38,564 nt of DNA, taken from the sequence record DRR723986_7356; one strand, 5' to 3'. Shown here piece by piece: positions 16,982 through 27,366 of the stretch. The notes under the pieces were generated by a model. It had not been told where the DNA came from, searched no databases, and worked only from the letters and a program-made list of their open reading frames with translations. The position numbers and the translations under genes were made by a program. Position 1 is the stretch's first letter. Each line of letters begins with the position of its first letter.

Positions 16982-17971
16982 CTATAGACCCAGTTTGTCA
17001 GCGGCCAAGTCTTTCAAGCTCACTTCAGACCGTGCACCCAAATGCGAGATAACCTCGGCGGCAGCCAAACTGCCAAGCTTGGCACACATTTCCAATCCGC
17101 GATTTTCTGAAAGCCCGTAAAGCATGCCCGCTGCATAAAGGTCGCCCGCGCCGGTTGTGTCTTCAACATCAGCGGGGAAGGCGGCAACCGCCACTTCCTC
17201 GTCTCTGGCCAAAATAACCGACCCCCGTTCGCCGCGCGTCAAGGCAGCCACCCGCACATGGGGGCGAAGCAAGTCAACCGCTTGCGCAAAAGTATCCACC
17301 TCAAACAACGCGGTAATTTCCGCTTCGTTGGCAAACAGGATATCAACTTTGTCTTTCACCAGCGCCAAAAACTCATCGCGGAAGCGATCAACGCAAAAAC
17401 TGTCTGACAGCGACAGCGACACTTTGGTGCCGTGCTTTATTGCTAAGTCCATCGCCTTCGTCACCGCCGCCTTCATTGGCGCGGTGTCCCACAGGTAGCC
17501 TTCCACATACAGAATGTCCGCAGCGGCCACTTCAGTCTCATTCACATCCTGTTCTGAAATTTCTGTGCAAGCTCCCAAATAGGTGTTCATGGTTCGCTGT
17601 GCGTCTGGTGTAACCAAAATCATGCTAGTGGCCGTGGGCGCACCTTCTGTTGCGGCAGGTGTGTCAAATTTAACGCCAACAGCGCGGATATCATGGCGAA
17701 ACACTGTACCCAATTGGTCATCGTGTACTTTACCGATATATCCGGCACTGCCCCCAAAAGAAGCAACACCTGCGGCGGTGTTGCCCGCGGAACCGCCTGA
17801 ACGCTCAATAGCGGGGGGCATGTCGGCATATATGCTTGCCGATGTGTCGGCATCAACCAACATCATTGCGCCTTTGTCACGCCCGTGTTTTGCTAAAAAC
17901 GCATCATCAACTCGCGCAATAATATCAACGATGGCATTTCCCATGCACAAGACTTTTGCGTTATCCGCCAT
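16982..17971 (-). CDS. PfkB-family kinase, adenosine kinase-like
   Basis: 'GNAIVD', 'SGGSAGNT', 'QRTMNTYLGA', 'EGYLWD', 'DTTGAGD'. Confidence 0.88.
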   Translation of the reverse strand: MADNAKVLCMGNAIVDIIARVDDAFLAKHGRDKGAMMLVDADTSASIYADMPPAIERSGGSAGNTAAGVASFGGSAGYIGKVHDDQLGTVFRHDIRAVGVKFDTPAATEGAPTATSMILVTPDAQRTMNTYLGACTEISEQDVNETEVAAADILYVEGYLWDTAPMKAAVTKAMDLAIKHGTKVSLSLSDSFCVDRFRDEFLALVKDKVDILFANEAEITALFEVDTFAQAVDLLRPHVRVAALTRGERGSVILARDEEVAVAAFPADVEDTTGAGDLYAAGMLYGLSENRGLEMCAKLGSLAAAEVISHLGARSEVSLKDLAADKLGL

Positions 17972-18137
17972 TTCAGTTCCTTTTGAGGTTATTCATTTTC
18001 GGCACCATAGAAAGCCGGGCAGGGATTGCAAGTTTCTTGAAGCTGCTTATCTATGTAATAATAAATCGGCGGATGAATGACCGGTGAAAAAACAACAAGG
18101 CCAAAATACTCAAACGGCACACAGCGAGGATGACCCC

Positions 18138-18878
18138 ATGATAGCGCTTTCGCTTAATCGAAGTTGGCAACAACTTCTGCACCCAAAGTTTCGTAGCGTT
18201 TTGTTTAGTGCCGTTGGTGCTGCGGCTGCAACGCTGGTTATATTAACCTTGCTTCTCAACGCTTACTGGCCGGAAAGCTACGCCGTTGGCTGGGAATGGT
18301 TGGATGAATTCGGCAACGAGATTGCCAGCGCCAGTTTTTGGGTGATTGTGGGTATTGGCTCCTATTTTTTATTCCCCGGCATTGTCACCATGGTAATGGG
18401 TGTTCTGTCAGACAAAATTGCAAATGCCGTTGAAGAAGAATATTATCCAAACCGGCGCGGCACACGCAAAGTGCCCGTATCTGACATTGTATGGAGTGCT
18501 GCAAAGCTCACGTTATTGATGGTTTTTATCAATATTTTAGCTGCCATTCCATATCTAATCTTATTTATTTTCACAGCCAGCACGGGCGCGCTTGCCCTAT
18601 TCATTGCCATTAATGGCTATCTGCTGGGGCGGGAATATTATGAAATGGTCGCCGTCCGCCACATAAACATGCAGGCTGTAACAAGAAGCCGCATAACCCA
18701 CAGCGGTAAAATCTTTCTGGTTGGGGCTATGATCGCAGGTATGTTTCTTGTACCTTTTTTAAATATTTTGGCGCCCATCATAGGTGCCGCGATGATGACC
18801 CATATTGTGCACCAGTTGGGTGTGCCAGACTTGGCTCACAAACGGCCACCTGAAAACCCGGAAAGAAACGCCCCTTGA
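18138..18878 (+). CDS. EI24/CysZ-like membrane protein
   Basis: 'DKIANAVEEEYYP', 'NGYLLGREYYE', 'VPFLNILAP'. ATG 18138 has a GAGGA RBS, preferred to the 18084 start. Confidence 0.8.
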   Translation: MIALSLNRSWQQLLHPKFRSVLFSAVGAAAATLVILTLLLNAYWPESYAVGWEWLDEFGNEIASASFWVIVGIGSYFLFPGIVTMVMGVLSDKIANAVEEEYYPNRRGTRKVPVSDIVWSAAKLTLLMVFINILAAIPYLILFIFTASTGALALFIAINGYLLGREYYEMVAVRHINMQAVTRSRITHSGKIFLVGAMIAGMFLVPFLNILAPIIGAAMMTHIVHQLGVPDLAHKRPPENPERNAP

Positions 18879-19312
18879 TCAGGATTTTGCCCTTAGCACT
18901 TGGCCTTGTAATAACCGGCTGTGCAACATCACCTGCCCCTAATGCCCCCCGTGCAAACGCGGTACCCGTTGCTACCCCTGCACAACAAACCACTGTGGAA
19001 GCTGAGGTGGTACCAACACCAGAGGTTACCGAAGCCGAGAAGCCCACGCCCTTTGTCGTTGATATGACCCGGCTTGAAAACCAAACACCAAAAGAAGTGG
19101 TCGGCTATTTAGGCACCCCGTCACTGGTGCGCCGGGATGACCGGGTACAGGTGATGATCTTTGAAACCAGCACCTGCGTTGTGGAGGTTATTTTCTACGA
19201 ACCCGATAACGGTGACTATTTTCGCTCCAGGCGTGTTAACGCCCGGTCAACCTCAGGGCAGGATGTAGACACCGAAAATTGTGTGCGCCGCCAATTGGAA
19301 CTGCCCCCCTGA
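18875..19312 (+). CDS. Hypothetical lipoprotein
   Basis: Lipobox 'LVITGC', Pro/Ala/Thr linker, 'LGTPSLVRRD' domain with two Cys. TTGA overlap with the upstream stop. Confidence 0.75.
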   Translation: MIRILPLALGLVITGCATSPAPNAPRANAVPVATPAQQTTVEAEVVPTPEVTEAEKPTPFVVDMTRLENQTPKEVVGYLGTPSLVRRDDRVQVMIFETSTCVVEVIFYEPDNGDYFRSRRVNARSTSGQDVDTENCVRRQLELPP

Positions 19313-19420
19313 GTTTATGTGTTTTCTTAAAATCAAAACAGTGCCTTGATCGCACCTTCGCCGACGATTAGCATTGCCATATAGCATTGCGGTCGCAAAT
19401 TCGGGAAAGGCCCACACCTT

Positions 19421-19708
19421 ATGTCAGAAAAGTCCATCACCGGTGGCACGGTTATCAAGCTTGTTATCTACAGCTTCGTGGTTGGTTTTGCCATGTATAA
19501 ACTTGAATGGAGCCCCGGGGATGTTGTTGGTTGGGTTGGCACCACTATCGCCGAAATGTGGGCATGGTTCTCGGGCTCAGGCCTCGAATATGTGCTGCTC
19601 GGCGCCACCATCGTTGTACCCTTATTCCTGTTTTCGCGTTTCCGCGATCGTATGCGCAACCGAGGCACGGGCGATGGCGGCGCTTCCAGCAGAAACCGCG
19701 ACGATTAA
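19421..19708 (+). CDS. Small membrane protein, DUF6460-like
   Basis: Two hydrophobic segments, 'TVIKLVIYSFVVG' and 'YVLLGATIVVPLFL'. Family recognised from memory only. Confidence 0.65.
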   Translation: MSEKSITGGTVIKLVIYSFVVGFAMYKLEWSPGDVVGWVGTTIAEMWAWFSGSGLEYVLLGATIVVPLFLFSRFRDRMRNRGTGDGGASSRNRDD

Positions 19709-19717
19709 ACCCAGCGC

Positions 19718-20371
19718 ATGAGCCAGTTTTTCGATCCTCAGTCCGGCGATGAAGGCCCTTCAGACAAACGGCTTTATGCCCCGGCAACCGCGCGTAACCG
19801 CGATGCTCTGCTACGTGTTTTTCTTGACCATATGCCCAACAGCGGCGCGCTTATTGAAGTGGCCAGCGGCACCGGCGAACATGCCGCCCATATAGCAAAC
19901 CACATGAAACCACTACTGTGGCAGCCCAGCGATATTGAACCCGAAAAACTGGACAGTATTAACGCGTGGGCGCAGACGTCAAGCGCGGAAAATATTCTGC
20001 CGGCACGGCAGTTCAACGTGCTTGACCACAGCTTTGCTGATTTGGCCCTGCCCGCGCCCTTAACCGCCGTGAGCGCCATTAACCTAATCCATATTGCACC
20101 GTGGTCGGTGGCCGAGGCCTTAGTACGCAAAGCTGCAACGGGCCTAGCGGAGGGTGGCACGCTATTTCTATACGGACCATACCGGCGCGGCGGCGAACAC
20201 ACCTCTGCGTCCAATGAAAGTTTTGATCTGTCGCTAAAGTCTCGTGATGCCGCGTGGGGCGTGCGCGACCTGGAGGCCGTTGCCCAACTGGCCGCCGATC
20301 ACGGCTTTGCAGCGCCCACGGTTATTGAAATGCCCGCTAACAATCTATCGGTTATTTTCAAGAAAAATTAG
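19718..20371 (+). CDS. DUF938 SAM-dependent methyltransferase-like protein
   Basis: 'APATARNR', 'EVASGTGEH', 'WQPSD', 'INLIHIAPW', 'LYGPY', 'MPANN'. Confidence 0.88.
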   Translation: MSQFFDPQSGDEGPSDKRLYAPATARNRDALLRVFLDHMPNSGALIEVASGTGEHAAHIANHMKPLLWQPSDIEPEKLDSINAWAQTSSAENILPARQFNVLDHSFADLALPAPLTAVSAINLIHIAPWSVAEALVRKAATGLAEGGTLFLYGPYRRGGEHTSASNESFDLSLKSRDAAWGVRDLEAVAQLAADHGFAAPTVIEMPANNLSVIFKKN

Positions 20372-20377
20372 CAGCGA

Positions 20378-21268
20378 TTAAACAACGGCGGCACTATCAC
20401 CGCTATCGTTCGCTTCACCCTTCAGGTCATATTTTTTTGAGTAACGCTTGGCAATTTTTTCAACCGGCAACAAGATAAACACATCTGTTGTGCCAAACTG
20501 TTCGTCCACCACCGCGCCGTCACCAATGAAACAGCCAATGCGCAGATAGCCTTTAATAAGTGGGGGCAACGCCCGGCGGGCTTTTCTCACATCAAGCGCA
20601 TCGGCGGGCACTTGGTTCATTTCAACGAACTGATCATCCAGCGCGCGAACCTTGAAGTCATCTGGCACCAAATGGTTATGGTAAAGATATGACATTGATT
20701 CGGTAAATTCAGCCGGGTCTGTCCCTTCAAAACTGGCACAGCCGAACATATAGGCAATGTTATGCTCCTTGAGATACTCGGCAATACCCTTCCAGAGCAT
20801 ATTGATGGTGGCATTGGCGCGGTAATCCTTGTGCACACACGAGCGACCAAGCTCCAAAAGCTGGCGGTCTTCGCCTATTTGCGCGCGGAAGGTGTCTGTC
20901 ATCATCGGTGACAGGTCATATTCACCTGAAGAATAAAAACCGTCATGCGCTTGTGCCACTTCTTGGCGCAAAAGTCGGTATGTACCCACAATGCGCTTGC
21001 CCTTGGGGCGGTCGTGGTCCAGCACCAGCAAATGGTCACAAAATATATCGTAGGGGTCGATATCGCGTCGGGTCAGGCGCATGCGCCAATCGGGTTTGGC
21101 GTGCATTTCCTCATAGAAAATTTTATAGCGCAGCTTTTGCGCCGCCTTGATTTCCTTCAGCGAGCGGGCGAGGCGAACTTCAATGCTGCCTTGGCGCACA
21201 TAAGAGGGGGCACCTGCCATTGCTTGTGCGGCGGCCACTGTTGGGCGTATGGGGTCATATTTCTTCAT
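20378..21268 (-). CDS. olsB: GNAT-family ornithine N-acyltransferase (ornithine lipid synthesis)
   Basis: 'AQKLRYKIFYEE', 'VGTYRL', 'ELGRSCV', 'FGCAS', 'LPPLIKGYLR', 'FGTTDV'. ATG 21268 has a GAGGA RBS. Confidence 0.82.
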   Translation of the reverse strand: MKKYDPIRPTVAAAQAMAGAPSYVRQGSIEVRLARSLKEIKAAQKLRYKIFYEEMHAKPDWRMRLTRRDIDPYDIFCDHLLVLDHDRPKGKRIVGTYRLLRQEVAQAHDGFYSSGEYDLSPMMTDTFRAQIGEDRQLLELGRSCVHKDYRANATINMLWKGIAEYLKEHNIAYMFGCASFEGTDPAEFTESMSYLYHNHLVPDDFKVRALDDQFVEMNQVPADALDVRKARRALPPLIKGYLRIGCFIGDGAVVDEQFGTTDVFILLPVEKIAKRYSKKYDLKGEANDSGDSAAVV

Positions 21269-21391
21269 AGCCAATCCTCTTCTGGGCCAATCCTATTAAT
21301 GGCGTTCAGCGACACTTTCATTACACCAAAATGACCGGTTTGTTACATCACAATAACATGGCAATGCCGTGACAGGCTAGTTAGAAGGCGC

Positions 21392-22702
21392 TTACTTGAT
21401 GGCTGTTCCTGCCACATCCTTGCGCCACAATATCCACAGAACAAACAAGCCGGGTAGCGCCAGTAATGTTGCGACGATGAAAAATTCAAACCATCCCATA
21501 TAGTCCGCCACATAACCGCTGGGTGCGCCCAGTAATGTGCGCGCCTGATTACCAAGCGACGACATAAGCGCAAACTGCGTGGCGGTGAAGTTGGCATTAC
21601 ACAGCCCCGCCATGTAGGCAATGATCACCGTGGTGCCAAGGCCCGTGGCAAAGTTTTCCATGCCGATGGTTGCCGCCAAACGCCACGCTTCGGCCTCACC
21701 GGTCCAGAGCCAAGCAAAACCAAGGTTCGTGAGCATCATCAACAGACCAGAGAAAAACAGCGCCTTGTACATGCCTATTTGTTTGTAAAACATTGCTCCT
21801 AAACCAACACCAAGCATCAGCGCGATAAAGCCAACCGTCTTGTTGGCCCACGCCACATCCGTCAAAGCAAAGCCCATATCCTTAATGAGCGGCGCTGTCA
21901 TAATAGAAGCCACAGCATCGCCAGCCTTAAATAGAAAAATAAATAACAACACCAGATACCAGTTTTCACGCCGGGTAAATTCCTTGAAGGGCAGGTAAAT
22001 AGCTTCGCGCAACCGTTGGTCTACTGGTGATAGTTTTGAAGCTTCAGACTCGCGGCGTAAAAATTCGTCGTCCGCATCACCGCGTACCGGTTCACCGAGC
22101 CACAAAACCGCCAACGTGCCGGGCAAAAACAAAAGCGGAAGCAGGCTAATGGCAAGGGTCCAGCCGTAAGCATCCGCAAGCAACAGCACCGCCACACCCG
22201 CTGCATAATTAGCTGTGCGGTAGCCATATACATAGGAGGCGGCACTGTGTCCTTGGTCTTCATTATCCAGAATTTCAATGCGGTAGGCATCAATCACGAT
22301 GTCTTGGCTTGCGGACAGGAAAGCAATGGCTGCCGCCAGCACCGCCACCTGGAAAAGCTGAGTTGCGGGGTCAAATTGCGCGATGACCAAAATAAGCAGG
22401 GCCATCAATGCCTGTATAAGCAAAAGCCATCCACGCCGTTGGCCAAAGGTTTTGGTAATCCAGCCAAGAGGCAGGCGGTCGATTGCTGGCGACCAAATAA
22501 ATTTCCATGTGTAAAATGTGGTAATCAGGGCAAAAAGGCCCACGTCGCTTTTGCTAACTTCGTTGTAGGAAAGCCAAAAACCCATGAGCGAGATTACAAA
22601 GGTCAGCGGAAAACCACTGGCCATGCCAAGGCCGAAAGTACCAACAATGCGTTTATCGCCGTAGGGTTTGAGGCCGCGCATGGAATTGCTAAAAACAGAC
22701 AT
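21392..22702 (-). CDS. ampG: AmpG muropeptide permease
   Basis: 'GMASGFP', 'KFIWSPAID', 'GQRRGW', 'SASQDIVIDAYRIE', 'ATQFALMSSL'. ATG 22702 lies 2 nt after the upstream stop. Confidence 0.92.
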   Translation of the reverse strand: MSVFSNSMRGLKPYGDKRIVGTFGLGMASGFPLTFVISLMGFWLSYNEVSKSDVGLFALITTFYTWKFIWSPAIDRLPLGWITKTFGQRRGWLLLIQALMALLILVIAQFDPATQLFQVAVLAAAIAFLSASQDIVIDAYRIEILDNEDQGHSAASYVYGYRTANYAAGVAVLLLADAYGWTLAISLLPLLFLPGTLAVLWLGEPVRGDADDEFLRRESEASKLSPVDQRLREAIYLPFKEFTRRENWYLVLLFIFLFKAGDAVASIMTAPLIKDMGFALTDVAWANKTVGFIALMLGVGLGAMFYKQIGMYKALFFSGLLMMLTNLGFAWLWTGEAEAWRLAATIGMENFATGLGTTVIIAYMAGLCNANFTATQFALMSSLGNQARTLLGAPSGYVADYMGWFEFFIVATLLALPGLFVLWILWRKDVAGTAIK

Positions 22703-22704
22703 GG

Positions 22705-23442
22705 CTAAGCGCCTAACCGTGCAGGGTCGATGGTAATCCATAGCCCTTCTGCCTTGGCAATCAACTCACCGCTGGCGTCAATCACAGCTGTGCCGCAGCG
22801 ACGTTTCCGGCTTTTGGGTGCGCTTGCGTCATCAAGCGACCAACCATACACCATGGGGTCATCGCCCAGTTTCAATGGTTTAAAAATTTCTGCGGTCAAA
22901 CGGGCCAGCAATGCAGCCTCGCCGTAGGCACAGGCAAAATAACCGGGGCAGTCCAGTGCAGACCAAACAAAAGGCGGGTCAATTTCACCGTTTTCATCGG
23001 CAAAGTTTGGATGCAATTGCCACGATGCCCCCACAAGCCCAGCATTGTCCTGAACCACTTCGGCCTCAATGCACAGGCCGTCACCAGCGTGGCGCGCACC
23101 GCCGCAAACAAAACATTGGTCAAAGGGCCTAAAGGCATCTTTGCCAACTTTGGGCGCACCGATAAACTTTGGTGCGGCGGGCAGCGCAGGCACATCCATT
23201 GCCAATGTTGCAGCCTTGGCTGTGCCAACTTTTGTATCCCCGTCCGTTAGCACCGCGCTGTCAGCACTCGCACCCAGCTTCATGGCATGACCCAATGGCG
23301 GCGGGGCGTGAAGCGACGCTTCCACCGCACCTTTGTACCCAGCCTGCATTAACCCTGCAGCAAGCACTCCGCTTGCATAGCCGCCGTTAGCAGACGAGGG
23401 AGGGCCGTTAAATTGATGATCAATAATGACAGACTGCTGCAT
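22705..23442 (-). CDS. Hypothetical double hot-dog fold (thioesterase-like) protein
   Basis: 'FNGPPSSANGGY', 'CFVCG', 'WSALDCPG'. Start moved to ATG 23442 to avoid overlapping rsmB. Confidence 0.72.
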   Translation of the reverse strand: MQQSVIIDHQFNGPPSSANGGYASGVLAAGLMQAGYKGAVEASLHAPPPLGHAMKLGASADSAVLTDGDTKVGTAKAATLAMDVPALPAAPKFIGAPKVGKDAFRPFDQCFVCGGARHAGDGLCIEAEVVQDNAGLVGASWQLHPNFADENGEIDPPFVWSALDCPGYFACAYGEAALLARLTAEIFKPLKLGDDPMVYGWSLDDASAPKSRKRRCGTAVIDASGELIAKAEGLWITIDPARLGA

Positions 23443-23558
23443 GTTGGGTCGCTCGCTGTGGTTTTTATCGTTGTCTTTAGGTGGCCAATCTAAAAGACGC
23501 GCAGCAAACAATGCAAGTAATGCCTTCCAATGCCGCTGATAATATGATCAAAGAGCGC

Positions 23559-24893
23559 ATGAAACAGACACCTTCACATACCAAAGAGGCCAGTTTAAAA
23601 ACACCGCGCACGGTTGCGGTGCGCACGTTAATGGCCGTCACTTTAAAAAGCCGCCCGTTTGATATAGCGCTTGATGAAATGGCGCGCGAAGCCCAGCTCA
23701 ACCCGCGTGACAGGGCCTTTGCCTTTAATTTGGTCATGTTAAGCCTGCGACAGTTGGGGGCTCTTAGGCATGTTTTAGGTATGCTTCTTGATCGGGGCCT
23801 GCCCAAAAATGCCACATGGACCGAAGCCGCACTGGTAACAGGGCTGGCGCAAATATTATTTATGCGCACGGCAGACCATGCAGCGGTTAACGAAACCGTT
23901 GATATGATCAAAGGACTAAGCGGCAAGGAAAAAGGCTTTGCTGGATTGGTTAATGCGGTCCTGCGGAAAGCTATTCGCAAACGCGGTGAAATACTTAAAG
24001 ACCTTGCAGGTGCACCCGAGCGCAACTTGCCCAAATGGCTTCGGGAAAACTGGACGTCATCATACGGTAAAGAGACCATGCAAGCGGTTGCTGCCACACT
24101 CGCCACAAACCCACCGCTGGATATTAGCCTGAAGCCAAGCGAAGGCGCTGACCACTGGGCCAAAACATTGGACGGCACCGTGCTGCCCACAGGCAGCATC
24201 CGCCGCACTGCGACAGACGTAATGGCGCTGGAAGGCTACAGCGAAGGCCTTTGGTGGGTGCAAGATATGGCAGCCGCCATACCGGCCACCCTGCTGGGAG
24301 ATATCTCGGACAAGCATGTGCTGGACCTGTGCGCCGCACCCGGCGGCAAAACCATGCAGTTGGCGGCAAGCGGGGCACATGTTATTTCTGTAGATCGCTC
24401 CAAGAACCGCATGGGCCGCCTGAAAGCTAACCTTAAGCGCACTGGCCTTTCTGCCGAAGTGGTGATTGATAACGCCGCCGCCTACACACCGCCCGCACCT
24501 GTTGACCATATTTTAGTTGATGCGCCTTGCAGCGCCACAGGCACCTTAAGGCGAAACCCAGATGTGCTGTGGACCAAAACCCCGGACGACGTTGCCAAGC
24601 TGGCTAACTTGCAAGCCGCCATCCTTGCTCATGCCTTTAGCCTGCTGCCGATTGGCGGCACACTGGTCTACTGTGTTTGTTCGCTGGAAAAAAGCGAAGG
24701 GCCAGACCAAATAACCAAATTTTTGGGCGCAACTGAAAATGCTAAAAGAGTGCCGATCAATGCAGACGAAGTGGGCGGTTTGGATGAATTGATAACGCAG
24801 GCTGGGGACCTTTTGTGCTTGCCTTCACACTACGGCGACGCTGGCGGTATGGACGGCTTTTACGGGGCGCGCATAACCAAGACGAAAATATAG
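23559..24893 (+). CDS. rsmB: 16S rRNA m5C methyltransferase RsmB/Sun (NusB-like N-domain)
   Basis: 'GLVNAVLR', 'WWVQD', 'DLCAAPGGKT', 'DAPCSATGT'. Start uncertain (23481-23559). Confidence 0.88.
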   Translation: MKQTPSHTKEASLKTPRTVAVRTLMAVTLKSRPFDIALDEMAREAQLNPRDRAFAFNLVMLSLRQLGALRHVLGMLLDRGLPKNATWTEAALVTGLAQILFMRTADHAAVNETVDMIKGLSGKEKGFAGLVNAVLRKAIRKRGEILKDLAGAPERNLPKWLRENWTSSYGKETMQAVAATLATNPPLDISLKPSEGADHWAKTLDGTVLPTGSIRRTATDVMALEGYSEGLWWVQDMAAAIPATLLGDISDKHVLDLCAAPGGKTMQLAASGAHVISVDRSKNRMGRLKANLKRTGLSAEVVIDNAAAYTPPAPVDHILVDAPCSATGTLRRNPDVLWTKTPDDVAKLANLQAAILAHAFSLLPIGGTLVYCVCSLEKSEGPDQITKFLGATENAKRVPINADEVGGLDELITQAGDLLCLPSHYGDAGGMDGFYGARITKTKI

Positions 24894-24925
24894 CAAATTT
24901 AACGGCGCTGAGGCCATGCTGCGGC

Positions 24926-24954
24926 TTGCCGGAAGCCGCGCAACCTGATAAGCA
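24926..24954 (+). promoter_or_regulatory. Candidate sigma70 promoter giving a leaderless rpe mRNA
   Basis: TTGCCG-N17-TAAGCA-N6-ATG, with no Shine-Dalgarno before rpe. Confidence 0.4.
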
Positions 24955-24960
24955 GTCGCC

Positions 24961-25620
24961 ATGCAAAAACCTGTTAGAATTGCCCCAAGTATCCTGTCTG
25001 CCGATTTCGCGAAATTGGGCGAGGAAGTGCGCGCCGTGGATGCGGCTGGCGCAGATTATATCCATATTGATGTAATGGACGGCCACTTTGTGCCCAACAT
25101 CACCATTGGTCCAGATGTGGTGGCAAGCCTTAAACCACACAGCAACAAACCTTTCGACGTACATTTGATGATCGAACCGGTTGACCCCTACATTGAAGCT
25201 TTTGCGCGTGCAGGCGCGGATATTATCACGGCGCACATTGAAGCAGGTGCGCATACGCACCGCACCCTGCAAGCCATACGGGCGCAAGGTGTGAAAGCAG
25301 GTGTTTCCCTAAATCCCGCCACGCCGGAAGCCAGCATAGACTATCTTTATGAAGACCTGGACCTGATTCTCGTGATGTCGGTAAACCCGGGCTTTGGTGG
25401 CCAGTCTTTCATCGAAAGCCAGTTGCGCAAAATCGAATCGATACGGAAGCGAATCGATTCGCTTGGGCTTGATATTGACCTGGAAGTGGACGGCGGTGTG
25501 AACATAAACACCGTGCGCCAGGTTATTGAAGCTGGTGCTGATGTACTGGTGGCTGGCAGTGCCACATTCAAGGGTGGGCCGTCCGCTTACGCTGACAATA
25601 TCAAAAACCTTCGAGGATAG
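24961..25620 (+). CDS. rpe: Ribulose-phosphate 3-epimerase
   Basis: '[10 protein letters not shown]', '[12 protein letters not shown]', 'DVHLMI', '[10 protein letters not shown]', 'EVDGG'. Confidence 0.98.
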   Translation: MQKPVRIAPSILSADFAKLGEEVRAVDAAGADYIHIDVMDGHFVPNITIGPDVVASLKPHSNKPFDVHLMIEPVDPYIEAFARAGADIITAHIEAGAHTHRTLQAIRAQGVKAGVSLNPATPEASIDYLYEDLDLILVMSVNPGFGGQSFIESQLRKIESIRKRIDSLGLDIDLEVDGGVNINTVRQVIEAGADVLVAGSATFKGGPSAYADNIKNLRG

Positions 25621-25626
25621 AGACGC

Positions 25627-27366
25627 ATGACAGCGGCCATTGATAAAATCGCTGGCTTTGTTTCTGCGGCGCCGCTCACACGGTCAACCTTGCGGCGCGA
25701 CACCAATCGCCGTTTGCTGGCAAGTGCCGCCATGTCGGCATCAAGGTTTATCCGGGAATGGGGGTACGGCCTAAGCCTGTATGAATACCGACTGAAAGGT
25801 CGCCACCCCCTGCAGCTTCTCGGAAGCCCGGATGACCCAGCCCCTGGCAATGCAACATTGGGCTCTGCACTTCTGGGCGGTGACATGCTTTACGGGGCCG
25901 AGCAACGCCCCTTACATGAAGGCTTTTGGGCCGAGCTTGAAAAAGCAACACCCGAATTTCAACGATATGCCCATTCGTTTCATTGGTTGCAAGACCTGGC
26001 CCATGTGGCTGACCAGTTGAAAGCCAGTAACACGGCTGAAACTATTCTAGGGTGGTGGCTGGAAACCGGTACCGAGTGGGATCGGGATGTTTGGCAAAGT
26101 GAAACATTGGCGCGCCGGTTCATCAACTGGTCGACCCACGCACCTTTAATATTATCATCGGATGACTTGGTTTATCGGTCGAAAGTGCTGCATGCTATGG
26201 CGCGCCAACTACGCCACCTGTCTCGCTGCGGCCATGATGCCGCAGAAGGGCTGCCTCATGTATATGTGGCCACAGCCTTAACCCTTGGCGGCTTGCTATT
26301 GCCGAACGGCACAAGCTGGCTGGCACGCGGCCAGCGTATGCTGGAAAAAACCGTCAAAACTTTTGTCCTGCCAGACGGGGGCCCCGTAAGCCGCAATGCA
26401 GCCGATGCGATCCGCGCCATGCAAATGCTGATACTGGTGCGTAACACCTTCATTGAAGTTAACGCCGACTTACCGCCTTGGGTGCAAGTAACCCTGGATA
26501 AATTAGCACCGTTCGTGCGTACCATGCGTCACGGCGATGGCAGCTTCGCGCACATCGGCGGTGTTTCTGCCGAAGGCGGCCACGGAACGGACGCAATTTT
26601 GGCCGCAAGCGAAGCCAAAGGCAAAGCAACTGAAAATGCGGCCCACACCGGCGTACAGCGTGTTGTCGCAGGCGCGAACTGTTTGATCATCGATACAGGC
26701 ACGCCGCCGCCCCACGCGCTGTCAGGCAAAGCCCCGGCGGCTACAGGTGCATTTGAATTTTCCGCTGGGCAAGAACGATTGATTGTCAACATGGGCCCCG
26801 CCAGCACCCGCGGCCCCATGCCGGAACTGGCCGTAATGGCGCGCAGTACTGCCGCCAATTCAACCCTCGTCGTCGGCGACACCAACAGCAATAAAATTAA
26901 AGACGACGGCCTACTGGGTGCCGGGGTGAGCGAAACCCAGACAACACGCGAAATGTTGGATGACGGCGTTTCTGTTAAGATTATACACAACGGGTACGAA
27001 AAGCGTTTCGGTGTTCTGCATGAACGCATGTTAACGCTGCGCGCAGACGGCAAAAAACTGAAGGGCCAAGAACGCCTATCAGGCCGTAAACTGAAAAAAA
27101 TAGACGGGCAAAGCGTAGTACTTAGGTTTCATCTGCACCCCGGTGTGCAGGCCTTCAAGGCGCCTGACGGCAGGGTGTCGCTGGAAACCCGAGGTGGTAA
27201 AACCTGGATTTTTGATATTGACGAAGAGAAGGCCGAAATTGAAGACAGCCTTTATTTAGCCCAGCCCGATAAGGCTGTGGCCTGCAAGCAAATCACCGTT
27301 ACAACAACAGCCCGCGGTGATAAGCCCCTTAAACTCAACTGGACCCTTAGTGAAATAAGCGTTTGA
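25627..27366 (+). CDS. Heparinase II/III-like protein
   Basis: 'HSFHWLQDL', 'LPDGGPVSRN', 'RHGDG', 'AFEFS...LIVNMG', 'RFHLHP'; position upstream of purH. Confidence 0.8.
   Translation: MTAAIDKIAGFVSAAPLTRSTLRRDTNRRLLASAAMSASRFIREWGYGLSLYEYRLKGRHPLQLLGSPDDPAPGNATLGSALLGGDMLYGAEQRPLHEGFWAELEKATPEFQRYAHSFHWLQDLAHVADQLKASNTAETILGWWLETGTEWDRDVWQSETLARRFINWSTHAPLILSSDDLVYRSKVLHAMARQLRHLSRCGHDAAEGLPHVYVATALTLGGLLLPNGTSWLARGQRMLEKTVKTFVLPDGGPVSRNAADAIRAMQMLILVRNTFIEVNADLPPWVQVTLDKLAPFVRTMRHGDGSFAHIGGVSAEGGHGTDAILAASEAKGKATENAAHTGVQRVVAGANCLIIDTGTPPPHALSGKAPAATGAFEFSAGQERLIVNMGPASTRGPMPELAVMARSTAANSTLVVGDTNSNKIKDDGLLGAGVSETQTTREMLDDGVSVKIIHNGYEKRFGVLHERMLTLRADGKKLKGQERLSGRKLKKIDGQSVVLRFHLHPGVQAFKAPDGRVSLETRGGKTWIFDIDEEKAEIEDSLYLAQPDKAVACKQITVTTTARGDKPLKLNWTLSEISV

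Noticed and set aside
23477-24208. 243-aa antisense ORF, and other long shadow ORFs such as 36292..37074 and 36377..36988
   Set aside because: They lie opposite well-supported genes (rsmB, nth), have no family motifs, and are explained by codon bias on the coding strand.
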